From a virus: a stretch of DNA of 64,000 bases. This document shows positions 18,371 through 29,600 of this stretch, one piece after another (the stretch's first letter is position 1; each line of letters begins with the position of its first letter). Location: the UHGV virus genome UHGV-0018639. The stretch is one strand, 5' to 3'. Under the pieces are notes generated by a model. That model was given only the letters and a program-made list of their open reading frames with translations. It ran no database searches and was not told where the DNA came from. Position numbers and translations under genes: made by a program.

Positions 18371-19532
18371 TTGCAAAAGTATCTATAACCTATTGAATTG
18401 CGGGAAATTCCTTAGAGCTTTAGCAACCAAGTATAGGTGGTAACACACTATATGGCGAGGGTAATGACTAAGGTACGGTAAAATCGCTAAAGATTGGAAA
18501 ATCCGCAGCCAAGACACATAATCTTGACTTCTTTCTATTTTTATGATATAATAAAAATAGAGGTGAAGAAAATGAAACAAATTTGTTTAGATAATGAACC
18601 AACTCCTTTTTATATCACAGAAAGTGGGGCTTTATGGAGAGAAGATACTAACCACTGGTATAGACCCTTTGAAAATGGTGGTTATCTTAGCTATCACTTA
18701 AAATGGAAAAATAAAACATATCCAAAACGAGTTCATCGGCTTGTGGCAGAGGCTTTTATTCCTAACCCAGACAATTTACCTTTTGTCCATCATAAAGACC
18801 ATAATAGGCTTAATAATTGTGTTAATAATTTAGCTTGGGCTTCTATCAAAGAAAACAATCAAGATAAATTGGAAAAAATGAAACAAGAAAGATATATAAA
18901 TGAGAAAATAGACTTTGAAAAAGAAGAGTGGAAGCAATATATGGAAACTGATTTTTGGGTTAGTAATATGGGGCGAGTCAGAAACCAACGGACAAAAAAT
19001 ATTCTAAAAGGGAATATCCGAGATAATGGTTATATTCGCTATGGGCTAAGATATGATGGAAAGATTCATTCTTTCAATGGGCACAACCTCGTTTGGTTAG
19101 TATGGAATGGCCCACAAAAAGGAGTTATAAACCATATAAATGGAGATAAATTAGATAATAGATTATCAAATCTTGAAGATGTTTCTCAATCAGAGAATCT
19201 GATAAAAGCAAATATTCCCAATCGTACCCCCGTCTGTAATAGTTTAGAGCCAGATGGAGAAATTATAAAAGTTTTTCCGTCTCAAGGACAAGCAGCCAAA
19301 TATTATAATATAAGCTCAGGGACTTTGAATAGAGCGCTTTATAATAAAGGTTGGCGAGCGGGTGGCTTTTATTGGAGAAAATTAGAAGAATCAGATTATG
19401 TGTAAGGTTCAACGACTACTCTATATCGGATAACGATGGAGGTAGAGACATTGCGTCTCGAAGTGGTAGGATGGATTTGAAAAAGAATCCAGTGATATAG
19501 TCTATTCCTTTGCGAAAGTAAAGGTAGTAAAG
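18371..19532 (+). mobile_element. group I intron (1162 nt) in the tape measure gene with an HNH homing endonuclease ORF in the P6 region
   Basis: P element aattgcgggaaa (18396-18407). Q element aatccgcagc (18509-18518). R element gttcaacgactac (19407-19419). S element gatatagtct (19494-19503). P9 hairpin with GAAA loop and terminal G19532. The spliced product reads ..LATQRY|IATQAAGSRQQSRFLAMISNY.., matching the conserved TP901 tape measure core. Confidence 0.8.
18572..19405 (+). CDS. HNH homing endonuclease (two HNH-like motifs: VHHKDHNRLNN...SIKEN and INHINGDKLDNRLSNLEDVSQSEN)
   Basis: ATG 18572 after RBS agaggtgaag. ORF track start 18494 includes the intron Q element. 277 aa. Confidence 0.8.
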   Translation: MKQICLDNEPTPFYITESGALWREDTNHWYRPFENGGYLSYHLKWKNKTYPKRVHRLVAEAFIPNPDNLPFVHHKDHNRLNNCVNNLAWASIKENNQDKLEKMKQERYINEKIDFEKEEWKQYMETDFWVSNMGRVRNQRTKNILKGNIRDNGYIRYGLRYDGKIHSFNGHNLVWLVWNGPQKGVINHINGDKLDNRLSNLEDVSQSENLIKANIPNRTPVCNSLEPDGEIIKVFPSQGQAAKYYNISSGTLNRALYNKGWRAGGFYWRKLEESDYV

Positions 19533-22500
19533 ATTGCAACTCAGGCAGCAGGTAGTAGACAGCAGTCTCGTTTCCTTGCAATGATCTCAAACTACTCCCG
19601 CACACAAGAACTCGTTGAAGCCGCCTACAACAGCACAGGTGCATCTCAAAAGCAATTTGAGAAAACTCTCGACAGCCTTGAAGCAAAACTCAATAAGCTG
19701 ACAAATGCATGGGATACGTTCACAATGGGCTTAGCAAACAACGCCATTATTAAGGCAGTTGTTGATGCGCTCACTACAATTCTTACAGTAATAAATAAAA
19801 TAACAGGCGCATTCGGTGATGGAACTGGCGCAGTTCTGAAATTTATGACTGCAATGTCCCTCATAAAGGCTGGTGGCGTGGCTTTCGGTAGTGGTATGTC
19901 GTGGATTACACAGGCCAAAGGCGCGATTGATAAAGGGCAAAAGATTCCGAAATTTGGTGCAGTGGCTAAGGCTTATGCTAAAACTCAATATGGTACTAGT
20001 TTTGGCGGTGCGTTAGGTAATGCTTTTGTTGGGCCTTGGACGGGTTTGATAAATATTCCAAAGACGATAAAGGAAAATCGTCTTGAAGCCAATGCAGCAA
20101 GACTGAAACGATATAACAAAATAGAAGCCAAATTTGCAAATTCTTCAAGGCAACAAGAGCATCTTTCTCGCTTTGCTCGTGCTGCAAATAGTAATACTTT
20201 ACTTGGTCGTTTCGGTACTTGGGTAGCTAACAAAGGCTGGGGCCAAAAGAGAATTGGTGGCAGTCATGCGACTAAAATTCAAGAATATCTTGGCTTAGTC
20301 GGGCAGGAGGGAGCTGCGGCCGCGGGCGCTTTAGCTCAAGTAGCTTCTGTTCTCGCTAAACTTGGCGTTTTTGCAGGAATAGCTGTTGCCGCGGTAAAAA
20401 TCGCGGACCTCAATCTAATCAATGCCAAAGAGGCCCAAGCCGCGGCTGAAGCCCAAAAATCCGCGCAGTCTCAAGCTCGTCAAAATCAAAGCTCTTTCAA
20501 AGAACAAATTTCAACCTATCGTCAACTTCAAACTACGCTCAAAGAAACTACAAAAGGGACTGATGCGTGGAACGAAGCCCTTGTTGCTGCGAACGAAAAC
20601 GTTCTCGAAATGGCAAAGAATTGGGGCGATTTAGGACTCACCTATTCAGTTGATAACGAGACTGGTGCACTTCAACTTGATAAAACTTCACAAAAGAAAG
20701 TTGAGGATAAGTTAGCGTCCGCGACAAACGAATCAGCTTTCAAAACTGCGTTCACACAAGCATATGCTAACGCAGTTCAAGGACGCGATTATAAGCGCTC
20801 TAGAGTTACTCAATCTCTAAGTGGAGCGGATGACCTTGAAGCCCAAAATAAGGCAAAAGCTTCTCTCAATACAGCAAATAGCCTGCTTGATAGTGGACTG
20901 TCTAGTATCGTTGATAGTTTTGACGGTTTCGGTTCAGCAATCAGTAATGATTTGCTTGATGAGAAATACTTAAAGGGGGCCGGAAAAGAGGCCGCTAAAT
21001 ATTTCTGGCATACTACCGGAGATATGACTGAAGATCTTATGTCTCGCTTTGGCCTTACCCGTGAGCAAGTTCTTTCAACATATGGTAATGGTGAAAAGCT
21101 CGATGCTGAACTTGCGCACAATGCGTTAGGTTTGGACGATGTGGCTAATAAATTGGCTACTGAAGTTGGGGGTATGATCGAAGCCTTCTCTGGAGCTTTT
21201 GAGAATTCCAAATCGGCTCAAGCCTTCCTTGATGTTCTCAACGGCGTTGAAGACGTTGATACATCCAAACTTAAAGACGTCGGTTTAAAGTTACCCGCAA
21301 TTTTTGAAAGCTTAGGCTATGAACAAGGAACTGAAGCATACTCTAATGCTTACCTTCAGTTTATGACCAATTACACCGATGCGATAAAAACAGCGGCAGA
21401 AAATGAAGCCATCGCGCGCTCGGTTGTTGGAGATACTAAATTCAATCAGTTGTCAGACCAAACTCAGAAAGATCTGAGTTCAATGCTGGCAAACTCTTCC
21501 AAATATTTTGGATACGATGGACAGCGAGAATTACAAGATCAACTTAGGACGCTTTCTAAACAAGGTGAACTTGATGCTGATCGTCTAACTCAGGCTTATA
21601 GCTCAATCGACTTCTCTAGTCCAATTCGTGCAATGTCTCAGTTGCGCAAGATGGCGCAGAGCACTGATGCAGAAATCAAAGCTCTTGGTGAACAAGGACT
21701 TAAGTCCCTGTCTGACAATACTAGTGCGTTAAGTTTGTCGAACCAGTTTGAGTATCTTTACGAAAATATTCTTTCATCTGATGAAAATCTGGAAGACCTG
21801 ATCGATGAATTTGGCAAACTTGATGCTGATGATATCTATGATTTAGCTGATAGTTTTTCTGACCTTAAGACCTTCCTGAAAGAAAGTGGAGTCAGCGCCG
21901 CGGCTCTTGCAACTACGCTCAACCGTATCAATAAGAATGGCCTCAATCCTAATCTTATAAGTGGCGAGTTTTTAACTGCAATGTCTAAACTCAATTCTTT
22001 CACAAATGGAATTGAAGGCACTATAAGAGAACTTGATGACATTGACCTCGGCACAGATTATGGCCAGATGACTGACTTCGTGGCCGATCTGCTTGACCCG
22101 TGGAAAGAAATGATGAATAATGGTGAGTTTGGCAATGCTCAGGCTTCCGGTATTTATGATTTGTTCTTTGGTGCAGGCTCTTGGCGTAAAATCACTCAGC
22201 AGGGCGAAGCAATGGTCAAGCAAGAAGGCCAGCGCTTGTTCGACTTGCTCAACAACATTGTCAATACAGGTGATTTATCTCCTATTTGGGAGGCTGTCCT
22301 TGGTACTGATGTTCTTTCTGGCAAGGGCTTCAATGCTAAATGGAATGATGAGTTAGGTCGCATTGACTGGGAAATTACTGATGCAACTTACCAAGATATT
22401 TATGACTCTCTTGCCGGAAAAGGTTTATCTGATACACTTATCAAGCTTCTGATTGGCGATGCTGCGAACTTCTCGATTGACTTGGCTCAAATTGTTGATG

Positions 22501-25500
22501 CCAATGGTGTTGAGGAAGCAATCAAGTATTTGATTAAGAATACAAAAGGCATAATTGATCAATCTCTTATTGATACAATTATTGCCCAAGCCGCAGATCC
22601 AGAAGAAGCGAAAAAAATTGTCGATAAAGCGCTCAAGGCGAATGGCAAGACGGCTGATGAGTGGAAGGCTGATACTCTTACTACTGGTATAAATGCTGGA
22701 TTCTCTGGAGAGCAAGAAAGTTTGGATGAAGGTACTTACGCTAGAGCTATTGCTGATAATATAGATGTTGGTACAGCAACACTTAAAAAACGAATAGAAA
22801 ATAAAACAGCTCTTACAGAAAATCTGCTGAATTCCCTTTCAAAACAAGAGCAGGAATTTAGAGATAGAAATAATTTATCTTCTTTGGCAAGTTCTTGGCT
22901 TGATATTTCTGATGGCGATTTTGAAAGAGCTTTTCAAGGTTTTATTCAGGATTTAGGTATAACTAATGAGGCAGTAGATAGCGCCGCAAGAGAAACTGCA
23001 AGAGAATATTTAGAAGCTTTTGCAAAGAATTTCAATACTCAAACTGCGGAAATCGACCTTGATGCAATGGTCAAAGAAACAGGTCAAGACTATGAACAAT
23101 TCATTGGCCCTGTGGCCCAAAAGATTCGAGATGAGATAGATGGCGCTGTCGAGGTTATATACCAAGGCCATAAGATAGAGGTTGAACCTGAAGTCATTAC
23201 GGACGATATGTCGGATGATGAAATTCAGGCTTGGCTTGACAAACAAGTAAAAGAACAAGACATTCAAGTTTGGAAAGATAATATTGCTGAAGCTGTCACA
23301 CAAGGCGTCGCTGAACTGGGTGAACTTGACATTGGTATTGATAGTGATGCCTTGACTTCTGCTATTGAAGGAGCAATTTCAGCCGCGACGGGCAAGACTT
23401 ATCATGTCAATATTGTAGGCGATGTTGCTCTTGACGGTAGTTCGAACTCTGGCTCTAATACTAAAACGACAACAGTTACTAAAGGCAAATTTAGTAAACC
23501 CAAGAAAGATTCAAGCTCTGCCGCGGGTGGCTATGTTCCTTCTCATGCTGGTGGCACTCGTCGTGCAAAAGCCGGCCCTGCGCTTACTGGTGAAGAAGGC
23601 CCCGAAATCGTCTGGAACAAAGAAAAAGGTTATGCTTACATTGTCGGTGCAAAAGGCCCTCAGTATGCCGATCTTCAGCCGGGAGATAGAGTTTTCACAG
23701 CGCCACAAACCCGCAAAATTTTGAGTAATTCTGACCGTGGAGCGACTCCGGCATTTAGCGGTGGCGGTAGTATTCCTAACCCATATGATCACTCTGGCTC
23801 TTACAATAGGAAAGACAATAAGGGTTGGTTGAACGATGGCTCCAGCTCAGGTTCCAGCTCCAAATCTGATGATGGCGACAAATGGCGCAACGAATTTGAC
23901 TGGCTCTACAATCTGATGGAAGACCTCATCGAACTTGGCCGCGACCAAGAGAAGCTCGACGAGAAATATGAAGATTATCTTGCGGATATTTCCAAAACCG
24001 CGGGTGATCTCGTTCGTGTAACAGCGGAGCAATATCGCAATCTTTACGCGCAACAAGTTCGTCAAGAGCTTGCCTATGAGAAACGTCTCCAAGAGATGCG
24101 CGAATATCTCGCAGTAAATGCGCAGTATGCCGAGTATGGGACTTACAATTTTGAAGATCAGACGATTGAAATTGACTGGGACAAGATTGAAGCTATTCTT
24201 GATGAAGATCTGTATAACAACGTCAAAGATTATGTCGATGGCTTGGAGGAAGTTCAAGACCGCATTGACAAAGCCGATGATGCTCTTCAAGATATTGAGA
24301 ATGATATCCAAGATTTGCGCGAACGCTTTATCGAAGAATATACCAGTTTTGAAAAGCGCATTTTAGACGCCTTGGTCGATGAGCGTCAAAAGCAAATTGA
24401 TGAACTTAGTGATATCAACGATAGCATCAAAGATACTAATTCCAATTTGTTTGATGCAATTCAGAAGTCAATTGATAAACAACGGCAAGACCGTGATAAT
24501 CAAAAGACTGAAGATGAAATTGCCAAAAAAGAGCGTCGCTTGGCTTTCTTGAGACAAGACACTTCAACTGATAATACTGTTGCTATCAAAGAGCTTGAAA
24601 AAGAGCTTAGTGAAATGAAGCAGGATTATACAGATGAACTGCTTGATCAAAAACTGAGTCTTCTCCAAGATCAAGCTGATTTTGCCGCTGAGCAACGTGA
24701 ACGCCAAATCAAGTTAATGGAAAGTAATCTTGAATTTGACCAAGAGACTGGTCAACTCTGGGAGCAGATTCACGATTTGTTGAATAACTCTGTGGGCGAG
24801 GATGGCAAGCTTTTAAATGATAGCGCGCTCGTTGCTTTGCTTCAGAAGAGCGAAAGTTGGGAGAGCTTGAGCGAAGTCCAGAAAAAGATGTGGCAAGATG
24901 ACCTTATTAAGGACTTCAATGTTGCGTATGCGTATGTATTGTCGCAAAATATTGATGAGACAAAAATTAAGCAAGATAAGACTAACAAGCTACTTGAGGA
25001 ACTTGTCAATCACTTAGTGCCGAGCCATTCGCAAGCCGCCGATAAGAATTCGAGTGGTTCAAGTGGCGGTGGCGGAGGCTCTGGCGGAACTGGTGGAAAA
25101 ACAAATCTAAATGAGAATCAGACTAAAGAGACTTGGATCGCTTATTATGGTAAGGTTCCTCTTAGCGGAACTTATTCATCTCAAGGCGAGGCTCTCGCGG
25201 CTGCGAGAAAGTATCAAGAGAAGCTAATTGCTAGTTACTCTTCCCAAGTGCAAAAGGAAATGAACTCTGATAGAAAAAAGCAACTTCAGGCGGCTTTAGA
25301 TAGAGCAAAATATACAGCTATTTCTTCTAAAAAACTTTCAGCCTACAAAACCGGTGGCCTCGCAACTCAAACCGGCCTTGCTTGGCTCGATGGCACCAAG
25401 TCTCGTCCTGAGCTTGTCCTCAATGCGCGCGATACTGAAAACTTTATTCAACTCAAAGACATATTGTCCGACCTGTTGCGTGGTGGCTCCACAACAAGCA

Positions 25501-25655
25501 ACATAACCACATCCGGTGATAACTATTTCAGCATCACGGTTCAAGCAGAAATCGCAAATGACTACGATGTTGAGCGTCTTACTAAAAAAATCAAAGACGA
25601 AATTTACAAAGATGGCTCTTACCGTGGTGTGAATGTAATTAGAAAAATCAGATAA
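19533..25655 (+). CDS. tail tape measure protein, exon 2 (2040 aa; combined protein ~2679 aa)
   Basis: ORF track 19581..25655. The upstream in-frame sequence from 19533 continues the tape measure core (IATQAAGSRQQSRFLAM). It is long, coiled-coil and Gly/Ser-rich. Confidence 0.8.
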   Translation: MATQAAGSRQQSRFLAMISNYSRTQELVEAAYNSTGASQKQFEKTLDSLEAKLNKLTNAWDTFTMGLANNAIIKAVVDALTTILTVINKITGAFGDGTGAVLKFMTAMSLIKAGGVAFGSGMSWITQAKGAIDKGQKIPKFGAVAKAYAKTQYGTSFGGALGNAFVGPWTGLINIPKTIKENRLEANAARLKRYNKIEAKFANSSRQQEHLSRFARAANSNTLLGRFGTWVANKGWGQKRIGGSHATKIQEYLGLVGQEGAAAAGALAQVASVLAKLGVFAGIAVAAVKIADLNLINAKEAQAAAEAQKSAQSQARQNQSSFKEQISTYRQLQTTLKETTKGTDAWNEALVAANENVLEMAKNWGDLGLTYSVDNETGALQLDKTSQKKVEDKLASATNESAFKTAFTQAYANAVQGRDYKRSRVTQSLSGADDLEAQNKAKASLNTANSLLDSGLSSIVDSFDGFGSAISNDLLDEKYLKGAGKEAAKYFWHTTGDMTEDLMSRFGLTREQVLSTYGNGEKLDAELAHNALGLDDVANKLATEVGGMIEAFSGAFENSKSAQAFLDVLNGVEDVDTSKLKDVGLKLPAIFESLGYEQGTEAYSNAYLQFMTNYTDAIKTAAENEAIARSVVGDTKFNQLSDQTQKDLSSMLANSSKYFGYDGQRELQDQLRTLSKQGELDADRLTQAYSSIDFSSPIRAMSQLRKMAQSTDAEIKALGEQGLKSLSDNTSALSLSNQFEYLYENILSSDENLEDLIDEFGKLDADDIYDLADSFSDLKTFLKESGVSAAALATTLNRINKNGLNPNLISGEFLTAMSKLNSFTNGIEGTIRELDDIDLGTDYGQMTDFVADLLDPWKEMMNNGEFGNAQASGIYDLFFGAGSWRKITQQGEAMVKQEGQRLFDLLNNIVNTGDLSPIWEAVLGTDVLSGKGFNAKWNDELGRIDWEITDATYQDIYDSLAGKGLSDTLIKLLIGDAANFSIDLAQIVDANGVEEAIKYLIKNTKGIIDQSLIDTIIAQAADPEEAKKIVDKALKANGKTADEWKADTLTTGINAGFSGEQESLDEGTYARAIADNIDVGTATLKKRIENKTALTENLLNSLSKQEQEFRDRNNLSSLASSWLDISDGDFERAFQGFIQDLGITNEAVDSAARETAREYLEAFAKNFNTQTAEIDLDAMVKETGQDYEQFIGPVAQKIRDEIDGAVEVIYQGHKIEVEPEVITDDMSDDEIQAWLDKQVKEQDIQVWKDNIAEAVTQGVAELGELDIGIDSDALTSAIEGAISAATGKTYHVNIVGDVALDGSSNSGSNTKTTTVTKGKFSKPKKDSSSAAGGYVPSHAGGTRRAKAGPALTGEEGPEIVWNKEKGYAYIVGAKGPQYADLQPGDRVFTAPQTRKILSNSDRGATPAFSGGGSIPNPYDHSGSYNRKDNKGWLNDGSSSGSSSKSDDGDKWRNEFDWLYNLMEDLIELGRDQEKLDEKYEDYLADISKTAGDLVRVTAEQYRNLYAQQVRQELAYEKRLQEMREYLAVNAQYAEYGTYNFEDQTIEIDWDKIEAILDEDLYNNVKDYVDGLEEVQDRIDKADDALQDIENDIQDLRERFIEEYTSFEKRILDALVDERQKQIDELSDINDSIKDTNSNLFDAIQKSIDKQRQDRDNQKTEDEIAKKERRLAFLRQDTSTDNTVAIKELEKELSEMKQDYTDELLDQKLSLLQDQADFAAEQRERQIKLMESNLEFDQETGQLWEQIHDLLNNSVGEDGKLLNDSALVALLQKSESWESLSEVQKKMWQDDLIKDFNVAYAYVLSQNIDETKIKQDKTNKLLEELVNHLVPSHSQAADKNSSGSSGGGGGSGGTGGKTNLNENQTKETWIAYYGKVPLSGTYSSQGEALAAARKYQEKLIASYSSQVQKEMNSDRKKQLQAALDRAKYTAISSKKLSAYKTGGLATQTGLAWLDGTKSRPELVLNARDTENFIQLKDILSDLLRGGSTTSNITTSGDNYFSITVQAEIANDYDVERLTKKIKDEIYKDGSYRGVNVIRKIR

Positions 25656-25744
25656 TATGAGGGAGGTTTATCCTCCCTCTTTTCTGTATTTCAAGACAAA
25701 AAATTTTACTTATTTTTAGAATAATGGGTAAAGGAGGCTACCAA

Positions 25745-26683
25745 ATGGGAGTTGACAAAGGAGATTTTATGGGCTTTCAGTATGGCGGTTATCATTCTTC
25801 ACAATTGGGGATAACTCGCGTGAGCGATGGCAGCCGTTATACAGAGGAATTAGCGCCCACTATCAATGATAAAATTATTGAAAAGCCGGGTAATGATGGA
25901 ACTTATTTTTTCGGTTCTTTCTTTACACAAAAAACATTTGATTTATCAATGGCTTTTGATTCTATTACAGAAGCGCAACTATATTTGCTAAGAATGATTT
26001 TTTCAACCAAAGTACCACAGCAACTTATTTTTGATGAGACACCTTATAAGTTCTATTGGGCTAAGCCAGCGGCTGCTCCTCAGTTCAATTATATCTGTTT
26101 TGAGGAAGGCGATAAGTTGCGAGTTTACAAAGGAGAGTGCACGGTTTCACTCGTCTCTTATGACGTATATGCACATTCTACAAAGAAAACGCTTGCTGAA
26201 TTCGATGATGAAAATGTAGTCGAATGGTCAGACGTAATTGCGCTTAAACAGACACTTGATGGAATTGATACTTTTAGCGGCAATCCTTTGATGGCTGAGC
26301 TGTGGAATCCCGGCGAAGTCGAAACAGACTGGATACTTAGTTTGAAGGGTTTTACGTCTGATGTTGTAAATGATTCTGGCATTACAATTCCGGGTAAACT
26401 TGGTACATCTGATGGTATACATATCTATTTGGCGGATAATGCTGATGCGCAACTTTATTTATCTCAAATTTCTCGAATTGGTTCTGACGATGAAATTCGT
26501 ATCAATTCAGCGACAAACCTACTTGAGGGTTATAAAAATGGCAAGCGCACTGGCAACTTATATAACAAATATAAGATAAAAGGTACTTTCTTTAAGATAC
26601 CTACTGGCCAATCTTATATGGCCTTAACTGGCATAACCAATGCCGCGCAAGTGGGTATAGATTATGATTACCTCTTCTATTAA
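25745..26683 (+). CDS. distal tail protein (Dit-like, putative)
   Basis: ORF 25724..26683. The ATG at 25745 follows the RBS aaaggagg. Its position just after the tape measure gene is typical of Dit. Confidence 0.5.
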   Translation: MGVDKGDFMGFQYGGYHSSQLGITRVSDGSRYTEELAPTINDKIIEKPGNDGTYFFGSFFTQKTFDLSMAFDSITEAQLYLLRMIFSTKVPQQLIFDETPYKFYWAKPAAAPQFNYICFEEGDKLRVYKGECTVSLVSYDVYAHSTKKTLAEFDDENVVEWSDVIALKQTLDGIDTFSGNPLMAELWNPGEVETDWILSLKGFTSDVVNDSGITIPGKLGTSDGIHIYLADNADAQLYLSQISRIGSDDEIRINSATNLLEGYKNGKRTGNLYNKYKIKGTFFKIPTGQSYMALTGITNAAQVGIDYDYLFY

Positions 26684-26693
26684 GGAGGTCCTT

Positions 26694-29600
26694 ATGCTTT
26701 TACGAGAATATGAAATTAGTGTTTGGGAGGATATACTCTCAGACGATAAAACAACATATAATGAATATCCGATTGCAGTCATTGGATCTAATACAATGAC
26801 TAGTGATTGTGCCGCACAAGACGCTCATTTCAATAAAAAGACGACAGGCGAATATACTCTTAGTTTCATTTTATATACGCAATATTTTGACAAAACTGAA
26901 GGCATTTTTGTTGATAACCCTTTCATCAAATTGCTTGTCAATGAACGGAAGATTAAACTTCACTATAAAGATCAGTGGTATGATTTTGTTATAAAGAGTA
27001 TTGTTGAGGATTCTGATGGCAAAAGCTATACTTATACAGCGCAAGCTTTGTTTATCAATGAGCTGTCTAAAAATGGCCTTGATATTGTTTTCAGTATTGA
27101 GAAAGAAAATTCAATTGGTAATATAACTACACTCGCAGCTGAGGCTTTGAAAGGCACAGATTGGAAAGTCTCTGATGAGTCTGATTTATTACGTCAAACT
27201 ATAATTGAGCCATTGTATGTGTTGACAACCACATCAGTTATTACCGCGAAAAATCTTTTAAATCGAAACGCATCTAGTGTTTCCATCCCCGCGGGTTCAA
27301 TTATTTATGGATTCTACTCTTGTGTAATAAATAAAGACCCATTTTTTCAGTTTCTCTATCGAGATGATGGCGCTTACACAATCGACACGGATACTGGCGC
27401 GATAACAAATAGCACAAACTGGTATATAGATAATGTATCTTACTCGAACAGTGAGGGCACTCCTTCTTTCTGCAAAAATGAAAAAGCAATTAGTATTGAT
27501 TATCGTGGCAAGAAATATATTCGCTCTACTACCAATTTTTATGACTCTAAAGTCGATGAATATATAACTGTTTATGAGGACGCCGCTGGAGAAGAAATTC
27601 GTGGTTTTACGAAAACAGAATATTTGTCTCCGACTTTTACTCAAAATTTGGTGACAAATTCCTCTAATTTTGAAAGTACAACTGGTTGGGATAAAGAAGG
27701 TTCATCTTACGTCCGCTCTTTGTTTCATCCGCCACTCGTTGATTCAGATGGAAATGATCTAAAGGGCCAAGATCTTATCAACGCATTGGCTACTTCAAAA
27801 CTTACTTTACAGTTTGACTTACAGAGCGGCGAGCGCTTTCACAATAGTGGTTTAGTTGATAATAGAAAATTATTTGTTAAAAATGGCATAGCCAGCGATG
27901 AACGATATGTCTTACGTATAAAACTTAGCAAAGATTCAACAGCAATTTCTCATTTGAAAGGTTTCGTTGCTTTCTATGATGGGATGACAACAGATGGAAA
28001 GTATAATATACAAAAGAACGGTTCGACTGAACTTCACATTTTTGATTTTTCTTTCATAGGAAGTACCGTCGATTCTGATGGGTACTATATACAAAGTGCT
28101 AGCGCGAATCAAAGTGTGACTTATCAACAAATGTTGACAGGTACTTTAGGTTTATTCTTTCAAACCGATATTGCAGGCACTTACATATTTGAACAGATTG
28201 ATTTCTTTAAATATTATAGTCAGGATGGAAAAATTCTTTATCCCGAAAGTGTGCCAAGTGCTGAGGCACAAACCGTTTATTATTACTATAGCCCTAGCAA
28301 AAACATAAATGCAACATCATCCGATGAAATTAAATATGAATATGTCGGCGCATCACCTTGTATTAACTATGTTGTCAAATATGACGAAAATTGCGAAAAA
28401 CGACGCTCTTATGAGACGGAAAAAACAAATCGTTTTAATATCCTACAAGATCTCGCGGAGTTGTTTGAGTGCTGGGCTGATTTCGTTATAGAGCACAATG
28501 AGGATGGTTCTGTTAAAAAAGATGCTAATGGAGTGCCACAGAAGTATGTAATTTTTCGCAACTATATTGGTGTTGAAAACTTTGCGGGTTTCCGCTATGG
28601 CATCAACCTCCAATCAATTGAGCGCACAGTTGATAGTGACCAAATTTGTTCTAAGATTGTTGTCGAAGACAACGATAATGAGTTCGCCACTGATGGCTAC
28701 TGTTCAATTTCGCGTGCAGTTGATAATCCAACTGGTGAGCTTTTCTTCTATGATTTTCGTCACTACTATACACAAGGCTTATTGAACTACAATGAACTGA
28801 TGAATGATCTTTATCTTGAAGTTGATCCGTGGCTTGGTTATTATGTCAAGATGAAGCACATTAATCAGAACCGCCAAGCGCTCCTTGAGGAAGCGTCTGC
28901 GATTGCGAACTCAATGAATAATTTGTCGGCATCAAGCCAGACTTATTATTTAATATACACAGAAGCAAGCACTCAGTTAAATGATAAAAAGCAAGAGCTT
29001 GCTAATTATCCTCCTGCAAAAGGGTATAAATATGAGGATTTTATCAAAAATCCAGTGACAGATAAATACGTTATTTCCTTAATAGAGCATGACCCTGAGA
29101 TTATAGGAATTATAACGACAATCGCAGTTCTTGAGCGGCAAGTTGAACAGAATAAAAAATTTTATGATACTTATAAGGAAGCCTATGATGTGGCTCAAGC
29201 TCGTTATAAAGAGATTCAGGAAAACCTTGAATCTTCAAAAGCTCAAAAAGAGGCTCTTAACAAAAAATTCTATGAGAAGTATTCACGCTTTATTCAAGAA
29301 GGCTCTTGGACAAGTGAGGACTATCTTGATGATAATCTCTACTACTATGATGCGGCAGCTACGCTTGCTGAATCAGCAAATCCGCAAATTACTTATTCAA
29401 TTAGCGTAATTGACATTGGCTCTCTTGATGGGTTTGAGAGCTATACTTTCAATCCGGGCGATAAGACTTACATTGAAGATACGGAATTCTTCGGTTATGT
29501 TTATATTGATGGTGTAAAGACTCCTGTTCAAGAAGAAATTGTCGTAAGTGAAATTGATGTTGTTTTAAATGACCCATCACAAGACACAATAACCGTTCAA

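Noticed and set aside
18371-19541. Near-repeat ttgcaa at the intron 5' end (18372-18377) and in the 3' exon (19535-19540). Similarly gauuac is at both ends of the recJ intron. These look like duplications.
   Set aside because: They are short, imperfect, and explained by exon-like sequence at intron termini. Splice sites were set by P1/P10 pairing and protein homology instead.
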